Shown here: positions 36,796-45,978 of the stretch, piece after piece
How the letters are laid out: the number at the start of each line of letters is the position of its first letter
Position numbering within the stretch: position 1 is the stretch's first letter
DNA from: a virus
IMG/VR virus record: IMGVR_UViG_3300046665_000361
Location: 1 to 64,000 of that record
DNA length: 64,000 nucleotides
Reading direction: 5' to 3' (one strand)
Notes under the pieces: generated by a model
Told to the model about the DNA's origin: nothing
Databases searched by the model: none
Seen by the model: the letters and a program-made list of their open reading frames with translations, nothing else
Position numbers and translations under genes: made by a program

Positions 36796-37302
36796 ATGAC
36801 AAAGCTTTTGGCTACGCGAGGCTACAGCCTCATGGAAAATACGATCGATAAGTTGATGATTCTCGTCGACGAAGAGCATCGTAACGAAGTGATCGACAAC
36901 GATCATTCTATTTCGCTGTCCACTCAAACCGATCTCGGGAAGCCTTCGATCCTGTTCGATATCGATGATGGCAAAGGCGGGCGACATCTCTTAATCTTAC
37001 TGACAGCAGTAAAGGGTGACGCCGTACTCTGCGTTACTCCCGGTAACGGATTTTTAGCTAAACGCGATATCCTGAGCGACATTGCCGAAGACACGCTTAT
37101 CGGTACTGACAAACCGTTCACCCTACCCGGTAGTGAAATCCATGGCGCATTCGCCAGGACTAAGAATCTGCGACTAGGTCCTTGGGAAGAGGTCGATCTC
37201 GTGTCTAGCAAGGCTGCATTCTTCATCTATCAATTAGCAACTGAGTTTGAGCTGATCGTTGACGAAGAAGATCTCGAAAGTATCGCTGACCACGATATCT
37301 GA
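36796..37302 (+). CDS. Hypothetical protein, paralog of 36212-36736
   Basis: 168 aa, GAGGAG SD; same shared motifs. Confidence 0.8.
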   Translation: MTKLLATRGYSLMENTIDKLMILVDEEHRNEVIDNDHSISLSTQTDLGKPSILFDIDDGKGGRHLLILLTAVKGDAVLCVTPGNGFLAKRDILSDIAEDTLIGTDKPFTLPGSEIHGAFARTKNLRLGPWEEVDLVSSKAAFFIYQLATEFELIVDEEDLESIADHDI

Positions 37303-37304
37303 AG

Positions 37305-37346
37305 ACAGGAGAGGCGTAAGCCTCTCCTGTACTCTTCTTTTTTTTT
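37305..37346 (+). terminator. Hairpin terminator with displaced U-tract
   Basis: ACAGGAGAGGC-GTAA-GCCTCTCCTGT, ACTCTTC, then T9. Confidence 0.8.
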
Positions 37347-37479
37347 GTGTTTGTATTGAGCCATCAGGCATAACCATCATCACAACCTCCTGTAACGCTA
37401 TCCTGGACGTTACCAGACATTAACTGCATGACGAGTAGGTATGTGATATATCGCAGCTCAGGGAGCTTCTCAGATAGAT

Positions 37480-37529
37480 GCGGCATAAAGGGTGGAACAT
37501 CGGACACCATCCGAAGACAGTGTCCGATG
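37480..37529 (-). terminator. Hairpin + TATGCC downstream of the tail tube gene
   Basis: CATCGGACAC...GTGTCCGATG stem; on the minus strand it is followed by TTCCACCCTTTATGCCGC. Confidence 0.55.
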
Positions 37530-37538
37530 CGCCGCGAG

Positions 37539-38399
37539 TTACGGAGAGACCAGAGTACGTTTGACCGTATTGATCTGCTCGTAATAACCCGTTGGAATGG
37601 TGGTGACGTTGGAGTCGGCCGCCGTGAGGAAGTTGGCTTGGTACATTGGGTCGAGACCGGTTACCCGAACTGCGTCCATGAAACCTTGAGCCAGTTTCTC
37701 AACAGCGTAGCCGGTCTTCTGCCAGCCAGTCCAGTTCAGGTTGTAAGTGAGAGTCTCACCTTCCTGAGTGGTCTGACGGTTACCGGTGTTTTCACCGATG
37801 TCCTGGTACGGCCAGAAGTTGGTGATCAGCCAGGCGCGTTGCACCTTACGGAAAGTCTTATCAGGCTCGAAAGCGATGATAGTGCCGCCGTATACGTCAG
37901 CCAGTTGGTCGGTGAAGTTATCGCTGACGCCAGACAGAAGCGCGTGGCCGCTATCAGGGTCCATGATCAGATAACGAGTCAGGTCCTGCAAGAAGCGCAG
38001 TACTGGCATGTTATCTTTCTCAACGACCGTCGAACTGATCTGCGAGCGTGCACGGGATACACGACTTGGCGTTTGGAACATCTCGCCAGCGCTACCCAGT
38101 GCAGTTTCCTGGACGGCGACGTTGAGGGTCTGGTTGAAGCCAGTCCACGTCTGCATCCAGTTTTCGATCAAGTTCTTGTAGGCCGCGATGTAAGCCGATG
38201 CGTTAGGCATCAGCGTCAGGCCAGACGGCACTTGCAGTACTTTGATGATCAACGGCTTACGGATATAATCCGTGGCCGAAGGGTAGTACTGCATGTCAGT
38301 CAGGTAACCCTGCTGACCTTGCACCGCCAGGCTGAGCACGTCCAGTTGCGCGCGCTCAGCGTAGCCCTTGTTGGTGAGTGTACCGGAGTAACGAGCCAT
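37539..38399 (-). CDS. Tail tube protein (phiKZ gp30-like)
   Basis: 286 aa, coupled to the sheath gene; GFNQTL.V, V.RARS, EPD.T...V..AWL.TN.WP motifs. Confidence 0.8.
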   Translation of the reverse strand: MARYSGTLTNKGYAERAQLDVLSLAVQGQQGYLTDMQYYPSATDYIRKPLIIKVLQVPSGLTLMPNASAYIAAYKNLIENWMQTWTGFNQTLNVAVQETALGSAGEMFQTPSRVSRARSQISSTVVEKDNMPVLRFLQDLTRYLIMDPDSGHALLSGVSDNFTDQLADVYGGTIIAFEPDKTFRKVQRAWLITNFWPYQDIGENTGNRQTTQEGETLTYNLNWTGWQKTGYAVEKLAQGFMDAVRVTGLDPMYQANFLTAADSNVTTIPTGYYEQINTVKRTLVSP

Positions 38400-40477
38400 T
38401 ATGCAGCCTCCACCGTGGATTCATTGCGGCGACGCTGTGCAACGATAGCCAGGTTCTGAACGGTACGGATGTTGTCACCGGCGAACTCGATATCGAGGTG
38501 CCACGGGAAGCCCAGTGCATCATCGAGTGCTGTCATGTACGCTTTCGGCGTGATATCCACGCGGTCGTCGTACTTGCCAGTTGTGCGAGCAATCACCTTA
38601 TCCCGCACCATGTCCAGGAACACTGGATCTGGCAGCTGATCATCGCCGGACATTTCACGCCAGGTGATGTGGCCGATACGAGTCAGGTTGCACGCGATCA
38701 CTGCGATCATGTACGAATGGAAGATCGAGGTCTGATCTTCGTGAATGGTTTGCAGACCAGCCCAGAACTGGCGGCTCATGTCGAAGAACTCAGCGTAGTT
38801 AAGGCCATTGCCCCAATCCACGTTGCGCACTTCAGGATCACGAGTTACCACGTTGTGGTCGCGGTAGCGAGTGATGACGGTCTGTTCGCCGCGGCTGAAG
38901 CTTTGACGGTTCAGCATCTCGCCATTTTCAGCGCCCAGGTACTGAGTAGCCTTGATCGACAGATATTCCAGGAACGGTACGATACCGTCGTAGTCATCAT
39001 TGATCAGGTAACCCGCGTTCGCCATCAAGAAGAAGCGAACTGGACGAGTACCGAACTCAGCCGATTCCTGGGTAGCACGGAACGCAGAGCGCAGCGCCAC
39101 AGCAATCGAGGAGTCTTCAGACGGCGTGTTCAGCGGTTTCAACACGTCTTGGGTACAGGCGTGAACCAGTACGTCAGGACGGATGTTGACGAAGGCTGCG
39201 AACTTCAGCTTGGTAGTGAGCGGGAAGCCCGAGTCCCAGACCGAGTCGTACGGCATGCGAGCGATGTCCTTGAACGGAACCTCGGAGTTGCTGAGGTCGC
39301 CCAGGAGCGTATCAACGGCGGTGTTGTAAGCCGCTGGGCTGATATCGCCATCAGCGCCACCAACCATGTACAGGTTGGACAGTTCGCTGAGCAGGATGCC
39401 GCCTTGGCTTGGACCTTCGATCACGACGGTGTTGTACGGATTACCATTGATGTCAACCCCGGTCAGGAAGTTGAACTGATGGATATCCGCAAACTCGCTA
39501 CCGGTGAAGGCAGTTTCGGCCGCGGTCAGTTTGGTCAGCAGGTCAGTGATGTTCTGGTCGTAGGTTGCGACCTTCTCGATCGGACCATAACCAGTGAACG
39601 CCTGAGGATCAACTGATTCGTACGCAGGGCGCAGGATCTTGCCGATATAGAACTGCTGTTCGGTATCGAGGTTGATGGTGTTCTGCTTGAACGTAAAGTC
39701 CACGTAGCCGGCGCCTTGCAGCGTGCGGGTAACGGTGGCAGTGCTTTTGACACTGGCGCGTTCAACAACCTGGAGACGGTAAATACGAGCACCGATTTCA
39801 TCCTGGACATCTTCATCAGCAGGATCGGTGGTCTTGGTGGTCGGCGCCGTCAGACGGAAGCCGATGTTGTTACCGCGAGAACCGTCGAAGCGACCCATGC
39901 CATCAGTGATCGGAATCAGAGTCGATTCAGCACCGTCGATGCTGGAGACCAGTTGGCCGGTACGGATGGATGCATTACCGAACTCGGCAGTGCCGTCTTC
40001 AGCAGTAGTCACTGCAATCCAGCGATGCTGGATACGGAAACCTGGAGTGGTATCGCCGGTCGGAATCCGCGCGCCGTTTGCATCGAGCTTCAGACTGTTG
40101 TCTGGATTACGCTCGAACAAAGGAACGTTATCAGCAACCAGGTCCGTAGCGAGACGGAAGGAGGCTTGCTTGGCGCCGAGTGCCTTCAGACGCAGAAACA
40201 GGTTCTTGCCGCCCGCGGTGTAATGCGAACGAATGAACTGGCTCTGGTGGTTGAAGAAAGGCGATTTTGGGTTGACGATGTCCGCGCCGTACAGAAGCGT
40301 AAGGCCCGCCAGGTTCACGTAGTTGCCTTTCGAGTATTCTCCCCAGGGGGCGAAACTCATGTGCAGCGGAAGACGGATCGGCAGCGACTCGACCGGCATG
40401 GTCAAATTCGCGGCGGTCTCATCTTTGAAACCTCGGAATTCGTTCCGTGGTAGAGAGCTGTAAGTACTTACAGGCAT
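38399..40477 (-). CDS. Contractile tail sheath protein (phiKZ gp29-like)
   Basis: 692 aa; P.RLPL..FAPWG, SPFFNHQ, GSRGNNIG.R, YMVGGADG, WDSGFPL.TK, ESAEFGT motifs. Confidence 0.85.
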   Translation of the reverse strand: MPVSTYSSLPRNEFRGFKDETAANLTMPVESLPIRLPLHMSFAPWGEYSKGNYVNLAGLTLLYGADIVNPKSPFFNHQSQFIRSHYTAGGKNLFLRLKALGAKQASFRLATDLVADNVPLFERNPDNSLKLDANGARIPTGDTTPGFRIQHRWIAVTTAEDGTAEFGNASIRTGQLVSSIDGAESTLIPITDGMGRFDGSRGNNIGFRLTAPTTKTTDPADEDVQDEIGARIYRLQVVERASVKSTATVTRTLQGAGYVDFTFKQNTINLDTEQQFYIGKILRPAYESVDPQAFTGYGPIEKVATYDQNITDLLTKLTAAETAFTGSEFADIHQFNFLTGVDINGNPYNTVVIEGPSQGGILLSELSNLYMVGGADGDISPAAYNTAVDTLLGDLSNSEVPFKDIARMPYDSVWDSGFPLTTKLKFAAFVNIRPDVLVHACTQDVLKPLNTPSEDSSIAVALRSAFRATQESAEFGTRPVRFFLMANAGYLINDDYDGIVPFLEYLSIKATQYLGAENGEMLNRQSFSRGEQTVITRYRDHNVVTRDPEVRNVDWGNGLNYAEFFDMSRQFWAGLQTIHEDQTSIFHSYMIAVIACNLTRIGHITWREMSGDDQLPDPVFLDMVRDKVIARTTGKYDDRVDITPKAYMTALDDALGFPWHLDIEFAGDNIRTVQNLAIVAQRRRNESTVEAA

Positions 40478-40626
40478 GGTGTGCTCCCAGGAGAGTTCTG
40501 CGCAGAACTTTAAGGAATGGTATGTTTGGTCAACTTCGGCGCGGACGCTGTTGTCGACATACTATTTTTTGTTCCTAATACGCATTATTTGTAACTATTT
40601 ACATATAGAAAATCAGGAGTTGCGAG

Positions 40627-41526
40627 ATGTTCGACACCCCATATCAGACGACTGCCGCTTCTCGCTACGATTTATCGAAAACTATCGTCGCGGTTCGGAA
40701 ATTGGAAATCAATGAAGAACTGATCCCAGCCGTCGGAAGTCTTAGTGGCGTTAAGTTTGTACCACCGGGGGAGGAAACGATTCTTCCTTTCCAGCAGCCC
40801 CTTACAACCGTGGAGATTCCTACACTCGAATCGACCGTGGTGATCGATGGCCGTTCATTGTTGCGCAGTAACGGCAAGCCCGTTCGAGATGATGCGTACA
40901 ACCACGCCGTGATGATCGGTGATCTAACCGTACTCTGGTTGCAGAATAAGGATCTCTGGCGCAAGGACTTGCTCGACATCGGCGAGTTCCCAGCCAAAGT
41001 ATTTGTACGGTGGATGTCCCAAGCCCTTACTACACGTCTGACATTGGATGCTGTACAGGTGGCGTTGGTTCGTTCATTGCTTTTTATTTACTACATCCAA
41101 CTGTTCAATCCTCTCTCGGAACATGCAACCGATGAGGACCGTGACCGTCTACTGACGCGTGCTGCCAGATACATCGTCGGCGTTGATTCTGAAACGCTCA
41201 GCGGCATCGTCGGCAAGGTGCCGGTGTTGAATAACCTGGCCGATCTGGTCAAGTGGATCAAGGAACGGTTGGACAGTCCCCGGACTGAAAAGCTCACCGT
41301 AGGTCTTATCTTCGACGCCATCGGCTTCAGCTACGGTCAGACCTATAAAGAGTCTGTCTGCGTGGCGCTAGAGTATCCGCCTGTCTTTGTAGCGCTGGTC
41401 TACAAGACGTGCCTTGAGCGCAGCTACACTCGATCAGGTCTTGGGCGTGTCATCGAAACCGTTGTGTCTCGCGGTAACGACAAGGACTACGTGAAGTCTC
41501 TGGAAAATCTTCTTCGGGCGAGGTAA
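40627..41526 (+). CDS. Virion structural protein (phiKZ gp28-like)
   Basis: 299 aa; MFDTPYQTT, VVIDGR and VALEYPPVF.AL motifs; divergent from the sheath gene. Confidence 0.7.
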   Translation: MFDTPYQTTAASRYDLSKTIVAVRKLEINEELIPAVGSLSGVKFVPPGEETILPFQQPLTTVEIPTLESTVVIDGRSLLRSNGKPVRDDAYNHAVMIGDLTVLWLQNKDLWRKDLLDIGEFPAKVFVRWMSQALTTRLTLDAVQVALVRSLLFIYYIQLFNPLSEHATDEDRDRLLTRAARYIVGVDSETLSGIVGKVPVLNNLADLVKWIKERLDSPRTEKLTVGLIFDAIGFSYGQTYKESVCVALEYPPVFVALVYKTCLERSYTRSGLGRVIETVVSRGNDKDYVKSLENLLRAR

Positions 41527-41529
41527 TCT

Positions 41530-44157
41530 GTGAATATCACTGACGATTTCCTGATCAACGACGCGTACAAGACAGTGTGGTGTTCGCCGAGTCAGGATCG
41601 GCAGCATCGTGTAGGCCCTGCTCGGATGAGTGGTCGCTCTGGAGCGCTTGGCGATATCAAGATCGGCATGCGTAAATGGAATCTGCCCACCATTGGCGAC
41701 TATTACCACGTCTTCATGATTGGCGATCTGCCCCCTGTATTGGTGGGTATGAACACAGTCAAGGATAAGTGGATCTCCGCCAGAGCACATGCGGTCGCGA
41801 CGTCGCTACTGATCGACATCTACACGGATAGCGGATTGCACTTCCCGCTGTTCCAAAGTTACTTCCTGTACACCCACAACGGTGCACTGGTCATTGCCAT
41901 CAAACGTAATGACAAGATCGCAAACCTTTCCACTACCCAGCCGTATATCCGCTGGAGAAGCAACGCTTACTTCGATGGCTTTGATGCTGTCCCTACTAAC
42001 GCAGGGATCGAGGTTGAAGGTATTGTTCCTAATACCGAAGCGGACTTCTATCGGTTTCAAGCCAAGTGGCGTACAGCGCAGGGTAATCAAGGCTACACGT
42101 TTGCTTTCGTGAACGGGCGACGTGTAAAGAGTCTGAACCTTACGACTCTGAAGCTTGGCGATACCATCGAATACGTGCGCGATGCTTCGGTTAAGGAAGT
42201 GCTCGAGATCTACACCAAAGATCTCAAAGCATTCGACAGTATCCTTGACCATCAAGCAAAGTATTTTCTGCCGCGGCCCGGTCTTGGCGTCACCATCGAC
42301 TACTGGGATGATATCGACGTCTATCTGCTGAACTACTCGATGGCTCAGCGGTACACCGGTTACTACTACCACTTCAACCGCGATGATTCGATTCGGATGG
42401 TGACTCACCGTGACTATTCGATCCCTATCGCTTACCTGATGGGGTACGTGGAACGAAGTCCCGATGGGTGGTACTGGAACCAAGATCTGCGGATTGAGCT
42501 GATTATCCGCCATGGCGGTTGGAATGATCGTGCTCTGCATGATGAGCATCACCGTATCAAGGAGTTGTTCAAACTCCCTGAGCCGCTGCGTATCAAGGCA
42601 ATGCTCGGTCCTGACACTACGCCTATCTGGCGTGCTGAAGAACTCGAGAACAGCGCTTACACACAACTGATGCGTACTGAATTCGGTGACGTGACCAGAC
42701 AGATGGTGGAAGATGCCTACGGGTATAACGCCATTAGCCGGCTGGTAGGTGACACGCCGATCAAGATCGAAGATGGTCAGAAGTGGGCACGGTTCCCAGT
42801 TAGTCTGCGGCGCCTATCGACTGTCTACGAGTACAACAAATCAGGTCTGTTGCTCGGCTGGTACTACCACGACTATTCTGTCGAGTATCCAGTGCGTAAT
42901 GAGCTGACCAAGTATCTCGAAGCGTTTATCGGTACTGGCGATGTTGATCTTTCCACCGTATACGATCAGATGACCACGACTCTTGAACCGGGCGTTGACT
43001 ATCGGTTCTACATCAGCGATATCGCCAATGGGGTGGCCAAGAACAACTGGCGCGACTGCACTGGCGAAACAGCTACCTACACGGTGACTAACGGTGTAGC
43101 GACCTGGAACGTGGATCTCAAGAAGAAACACGTCGCTGTCAAGAACACGAAAGACTTCCTTGCCAAAACGATCGTGCTCAACTACTACGATGACCTCTTG
43201 ACTTTCACTGTCAATGTCGACGAAGTATCGTCAGGCAACATCTTGACGAATGACATCATGGCGATTCCGCCTGGGCAGGTTGATATCTGGTTGAACGGGT
43301 TCTCGCTGGTGAAGGATATCGACTACTTCATCAATTGGCCTCAGATCGGTATCATCAACAAAGCGTTCCTCGTTGATGGCGCCAGCCAAACGGTGACGTT
43401 CCGTGGCCGTGGTTTCTGTACTCGCGACATGAAACTTGAGACGGTGAAGGACTTTGGTTTCGTTAAGTACGGTCAGCTTAGCCACAACAGCCGATTCAAC
43501 GTTCGAGACGACAAGGTGATTCGCATCACCGTGGGTGGTCAGTTGTACACTCGCGATGAGCTCGGCTTTACCGAAGATGGTACGACGATCGTCATGCCTG
43601 GTGTTGAGAATGGGGCGCCTTACTCGATCACTGATCCGATCATTCCGATTGCGATGGTGACGAACACCGACACCTACACGTTGCGAGACAAGTCTGAGGC
43701 AGTGGACGCTGAGGTGGAAGATTACCTCACCATGGATCTGCCAGAGCCTATCCCGACAGTACCGGACGCCATCCCTACACTGTACAAGGTCTTCAGTCCG
43801 TTTACGGCCAAGTTGATCTACGACATGTTGGGCGGCTATCTACTGATGGATGAGTTCGAAGGCGATTACTCGCTGGACGACGTGAAGAAGAAGCTGGTTG
43901 GGTATGAATGGATTCTGGCTTTCGATCCAGTGATCCAGGGCTATGACAAGGATTACGTCATCGTCCATCCTCATCCAGAGTCGGGCGCTATCATGCTCAA
44001 CGTCTACCAGTTCCGGTTCCTTACTCGAGCGGTAGAGGTGTTCCTCAACGGCGAAGTCAACATCAGCCGTCACACGCTGATTGTCGAGCCTGGATTCGAG
44101 CACTACACCTACGATCATCCACATCCTCATCGCACATGGGCTGAGGTAGGTCAATAA
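41530..44157 (+). CDS. Virion structural protein, probably baseplate (phiKZ gp27-like)
   Basis: 875 aa; VWCSP.QD.Q, MVTHRDYSIP, AYGYNAIS, WLNG.SL...IDY motifs; GTG start. Confidence 0.72.
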   Translation: MNITDDFLINDAYKTVWCSPSQDRQHRVGPARMSGRSGALGDIKIGMRKWNLPTIGDYYHVFMIGDLPPVLVGMNTVKDKWISARAHAVATSLLIDIYTDSGLHFPLFQSYFLYTHNGALVIAIKRNDKIANLSTTQPYIRWRSNAYFDGFDAVPTNAGIEVEGIVPNTEADFYRFQAKWRTAQGNQGYTFAFVNGRRVKSLNLTTLKLGDTIEYVRDASVKEVLEIYTKDLKAFDSILDHQAKYFLPRPGLGVTIDYWDDIDVYLLNYSMAQRYTGYYYHFNRDDSIRMVTHRDYSIPIAYLMGYVERSPDGWYWNQDLRIELIIRHGGWNDRALHDEHHRIKELFKLPEPLRIKAMLGPDTTPIWRAEELENSAYTQLMRTEFGDVTRQMVEDAYGYNAISRLVGDTPIKIEDGQKWARFPVSLRRLSTVYEYNKSGLLLGWYYHDYSVEYPVRNELTKYLEAFIGTGDVDLSTVYDQMTTTLEPGVDYRFYISDIANGVAKNNWRDCTGETATYTVTNGVATWNVDLKKKHVAVKNTKDFLAKTIVLNYYDDLLTFTVNVDEVSSGNILTNDIMAIPPGQVDIWLNGFSLVKDIDYFINWPQIGIINKAFLVDGASQTVTFRGRGFCTRDMKLETVKDFGFVKYGQLSHNSRFNVRDDKVIRITVGGQLYTRDELGFTEDGTTIVMPGVENGAPYSITDPIIPIAMVTNTDTYTLRDKSEAVDAEVEDYLTMDLPEPIPTVPDAIPTLYKVFSPFTAKLIYDMLGGYLLMDEFEGDYSLDDVKKKLVGYEWILAFDPVIQGYDKDYVIVHPHPESGAIMLNVYQFRFLTRAVEVFLNGEVNISRHTLIVEPGFEHYTYDHPHPHRTWAEVGQ

Positions 44158-44162
44158 TCAAC

Positions 44163-44180
44163 GGGGAGGGCGACCTCCCC
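44163..44180 (+). terminator. Intergenic hairpin
   Basis: GGGGAGG-GCGA-CCTCCCC followed by TTT. Confidence 0.55.
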
Positions 44181-44198
44181 TTTAGAGAGTCTGAAGCC

Positions 44199-45914
44199 AT
44201 GGCTGTGACTATTATCCCTCTACCGGGCGGCGGTCGGGTAGTCTACGAGTTGGATCGTCTCAACAGCTCGTTCAATTTGGCAAACCTGTACATGTATCGT
44301 CTGATCGATGACAGCAGCGATGTCATCAAGGGTGATGGTGACTTCGTTCCTAACGTGGACGATGTCATCTACGATTTCAAATTGGGCTGGTTCCGGGTAG
44401 GTCACGTTGACCTGACCTCGTATACCGTTGACCTCGTCTTCTGGGAGCCGCCTAAGAACGACTCTGACGTCGGTGTGGACGACGTACTACTCGGTGTAGG
44501 TCCAGGCTACAGTAGCGAGAGCTGGCGCGTCCTGCTGGATACTCGTGTCTTCCCTCACCGTCTTGATATCGACATGAAGTTCTTCATGTACGGAGTCGAG
44601 GCCAAAGAGGTGCGCATCTTCCGAGGCGTGAACACGACTGATACTGGCGAAGTCATCAGTGCGTACTACTCGCAAGGTGAATACGTCAGTGATGCGATTC
44701 CTCTGGACTTCGCAGGTCAGCACATCCTGTACAACAAGGCTATCAAAGCGCCTGCCCAAGGTTATACGACCAAGGAAGGATTGCTCGATGGTCAGATCGT
44801 AACGGTGGTGACTTACAGCAACTCTGGTGCTCCGACGAGCTATGCCAAGATGCTGATCATGAACACCAACCTGACTCGTCACGCCAACGATTCCATGAAG
44901 CGTGTCAAGTCGATCGAAGTGATCAGTCCGTATCTGTCGAAGACCGAGCCGAACACGCTGGAAGTTCCTGTCGATTCGACCATGGAAACTCTGGTCATGC
45001 GGGCGAAGGTCACTTACGCAGACGGCAGTTCTCGCACCATGGATATCGTCGACGAAGACGCCAACGGCAAGTTCAAGCTGTTGGGTCTGAAATGGTGGTC
45101 TCCAAGTCAAACAGGTCGTCCTCAAGGTCTCAAACTCGTTTACGAGCTCTCTGAGTCCGAAGAGTATTCCTACCTGCAAGGCGAGACAGTCAATGGTAAG
45201 GTCATCACCAGCTACCGCATCATCGGCATCCCTGTCGATCCAGCGCGCAGCCTGAAAGTCTACGCCTTCCCAGTGTGGCTCAACAGCATGCAGGGCTATG
45301 GTCTGGAATACTGGCTGTACGATCTCGATCGTCAAGTTGCTCGCAGCATCCCTAAAGGTGCTGTTGCTTTGGCTGAGAACAGTCCTCCGTTCGATGGTCT
45401 GGAATTCACCTCCGTTCAGCATCTGCGCATCGGGGTTACTCTCAAGGCAGTCGATGTCGAATACGGCGAAGACGTCCACACTCAGCAGATCCAAGTGGCC
45501 TTGCTGCGTGATGGTGGCCTGAACATGGCGAACTGGAAAGTCAAGTTCTCCGGTGCTCAGGAAGTCTGGTTCGGTAACGGCACCAACGCGATTGTACATG
45601 CATTGACTGGCGGGATCTCTACAGTCAACGTTAGCCAAGAGCTGACGGACTATAGCGTCTGGCTAAAACAACTGTACTACAGCATCGACCCTCTGTACGA
45701 TCCACAGACAGAACTGGCGGGCCTGGAACCTACGCACTTCATCATCACGACGAAGACGCGGGCGTTCAAAGTCCCTATCACCTCATGGCGTCAGGACATC
45801 AACTTTGTCACTGACCTCGGCGAAGGTGAAACGCTTTATCTGAAGTGGGTCAAGGAGACAGCTTCCGGCGACCTGCAACTGGGTATCTCCGGTCTCCCTC
45901 AGCACAGCGTGTAA
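44199..45914 (+). CDS. Virion structural protein, probably baseplate (phiKZ gp26-like)
   Basis: 571 aa; VPNVDD.I.D, GVGPG..SE.WR, KVTYADGS, FP.W...GY.L..WLY motifs; upstream of terminase. Confidence 0.7.
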   Translation: MAVTIIPLPGGGRVVYELDRLNSSFNLANLYMYRLIDDSSDVIKGDGDFVPNVDDVIYDFKLGWFRVGHVDLTSYTVDLVFWEPPKNDSDVGVDDVLLGVGPGYSSESWRVLLDTRVFPHRLDIDMKFFMYGVEAKEVRIFRGVNTTDTGEVISAYYSQGEYVSDAIPLDFAGQHILYNKAIKAPAQGYTTKEGLLDGQIVTVVTYSNSGAPTSYAKMLIMNTNLTRHANDSMKRVKSIEVISPYLSKTEPNTLEVPVDSTMETLVMRAKVTYADGSSRTMDIVDEDANGKFKLLGLKWWSPSQTGRPQGLKLVYELSESEEYSYLQGETVNGKVITSYRIIGIPVDPARSLKVYAFPVWLNSMQGYGLEYWLYDLDRQVARSIPKGAVALAENSPPFDGLEFTSVQHLRIGVTLKAVDVEYGEDVHTQQIQVALLRDGGLNMANWKVKFSGAQEVWFGNGTNAIVHALTGGISTVNVSQELTDYSVWLKQLYYSIDPLYDPQTELAGLEPTHFIITTKTRAFKVPITSWRQDINFVTDLGEGETLYLKWVKETASGDLQLGISGLPQHSV

Positions 45915-45927
45915 TGCGGTGACGACT

Positions 45928-45961
45928 CTGGGTAGGTTCGCCTGCCCAGCAGTCTATGCCG
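45928..45961 (+). terminator. Hairpin followed by TATGCC
   Basis: CTGGGTAGG-TTCG-CCTGCCCAG then CAGTCTATGCCG. Confidence 0.55.
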
Positions 45962-45978
45962 TTACCTAAGGACACCAC

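Noticed and set aside
37234-37392. Minus-strand AGGAGGT followed by a 48-codon ORF (MMVMPDGSIQTQKKRR...)
   Set aside because: It runs through the terminator T-run and antisense into a real gene; no other support.
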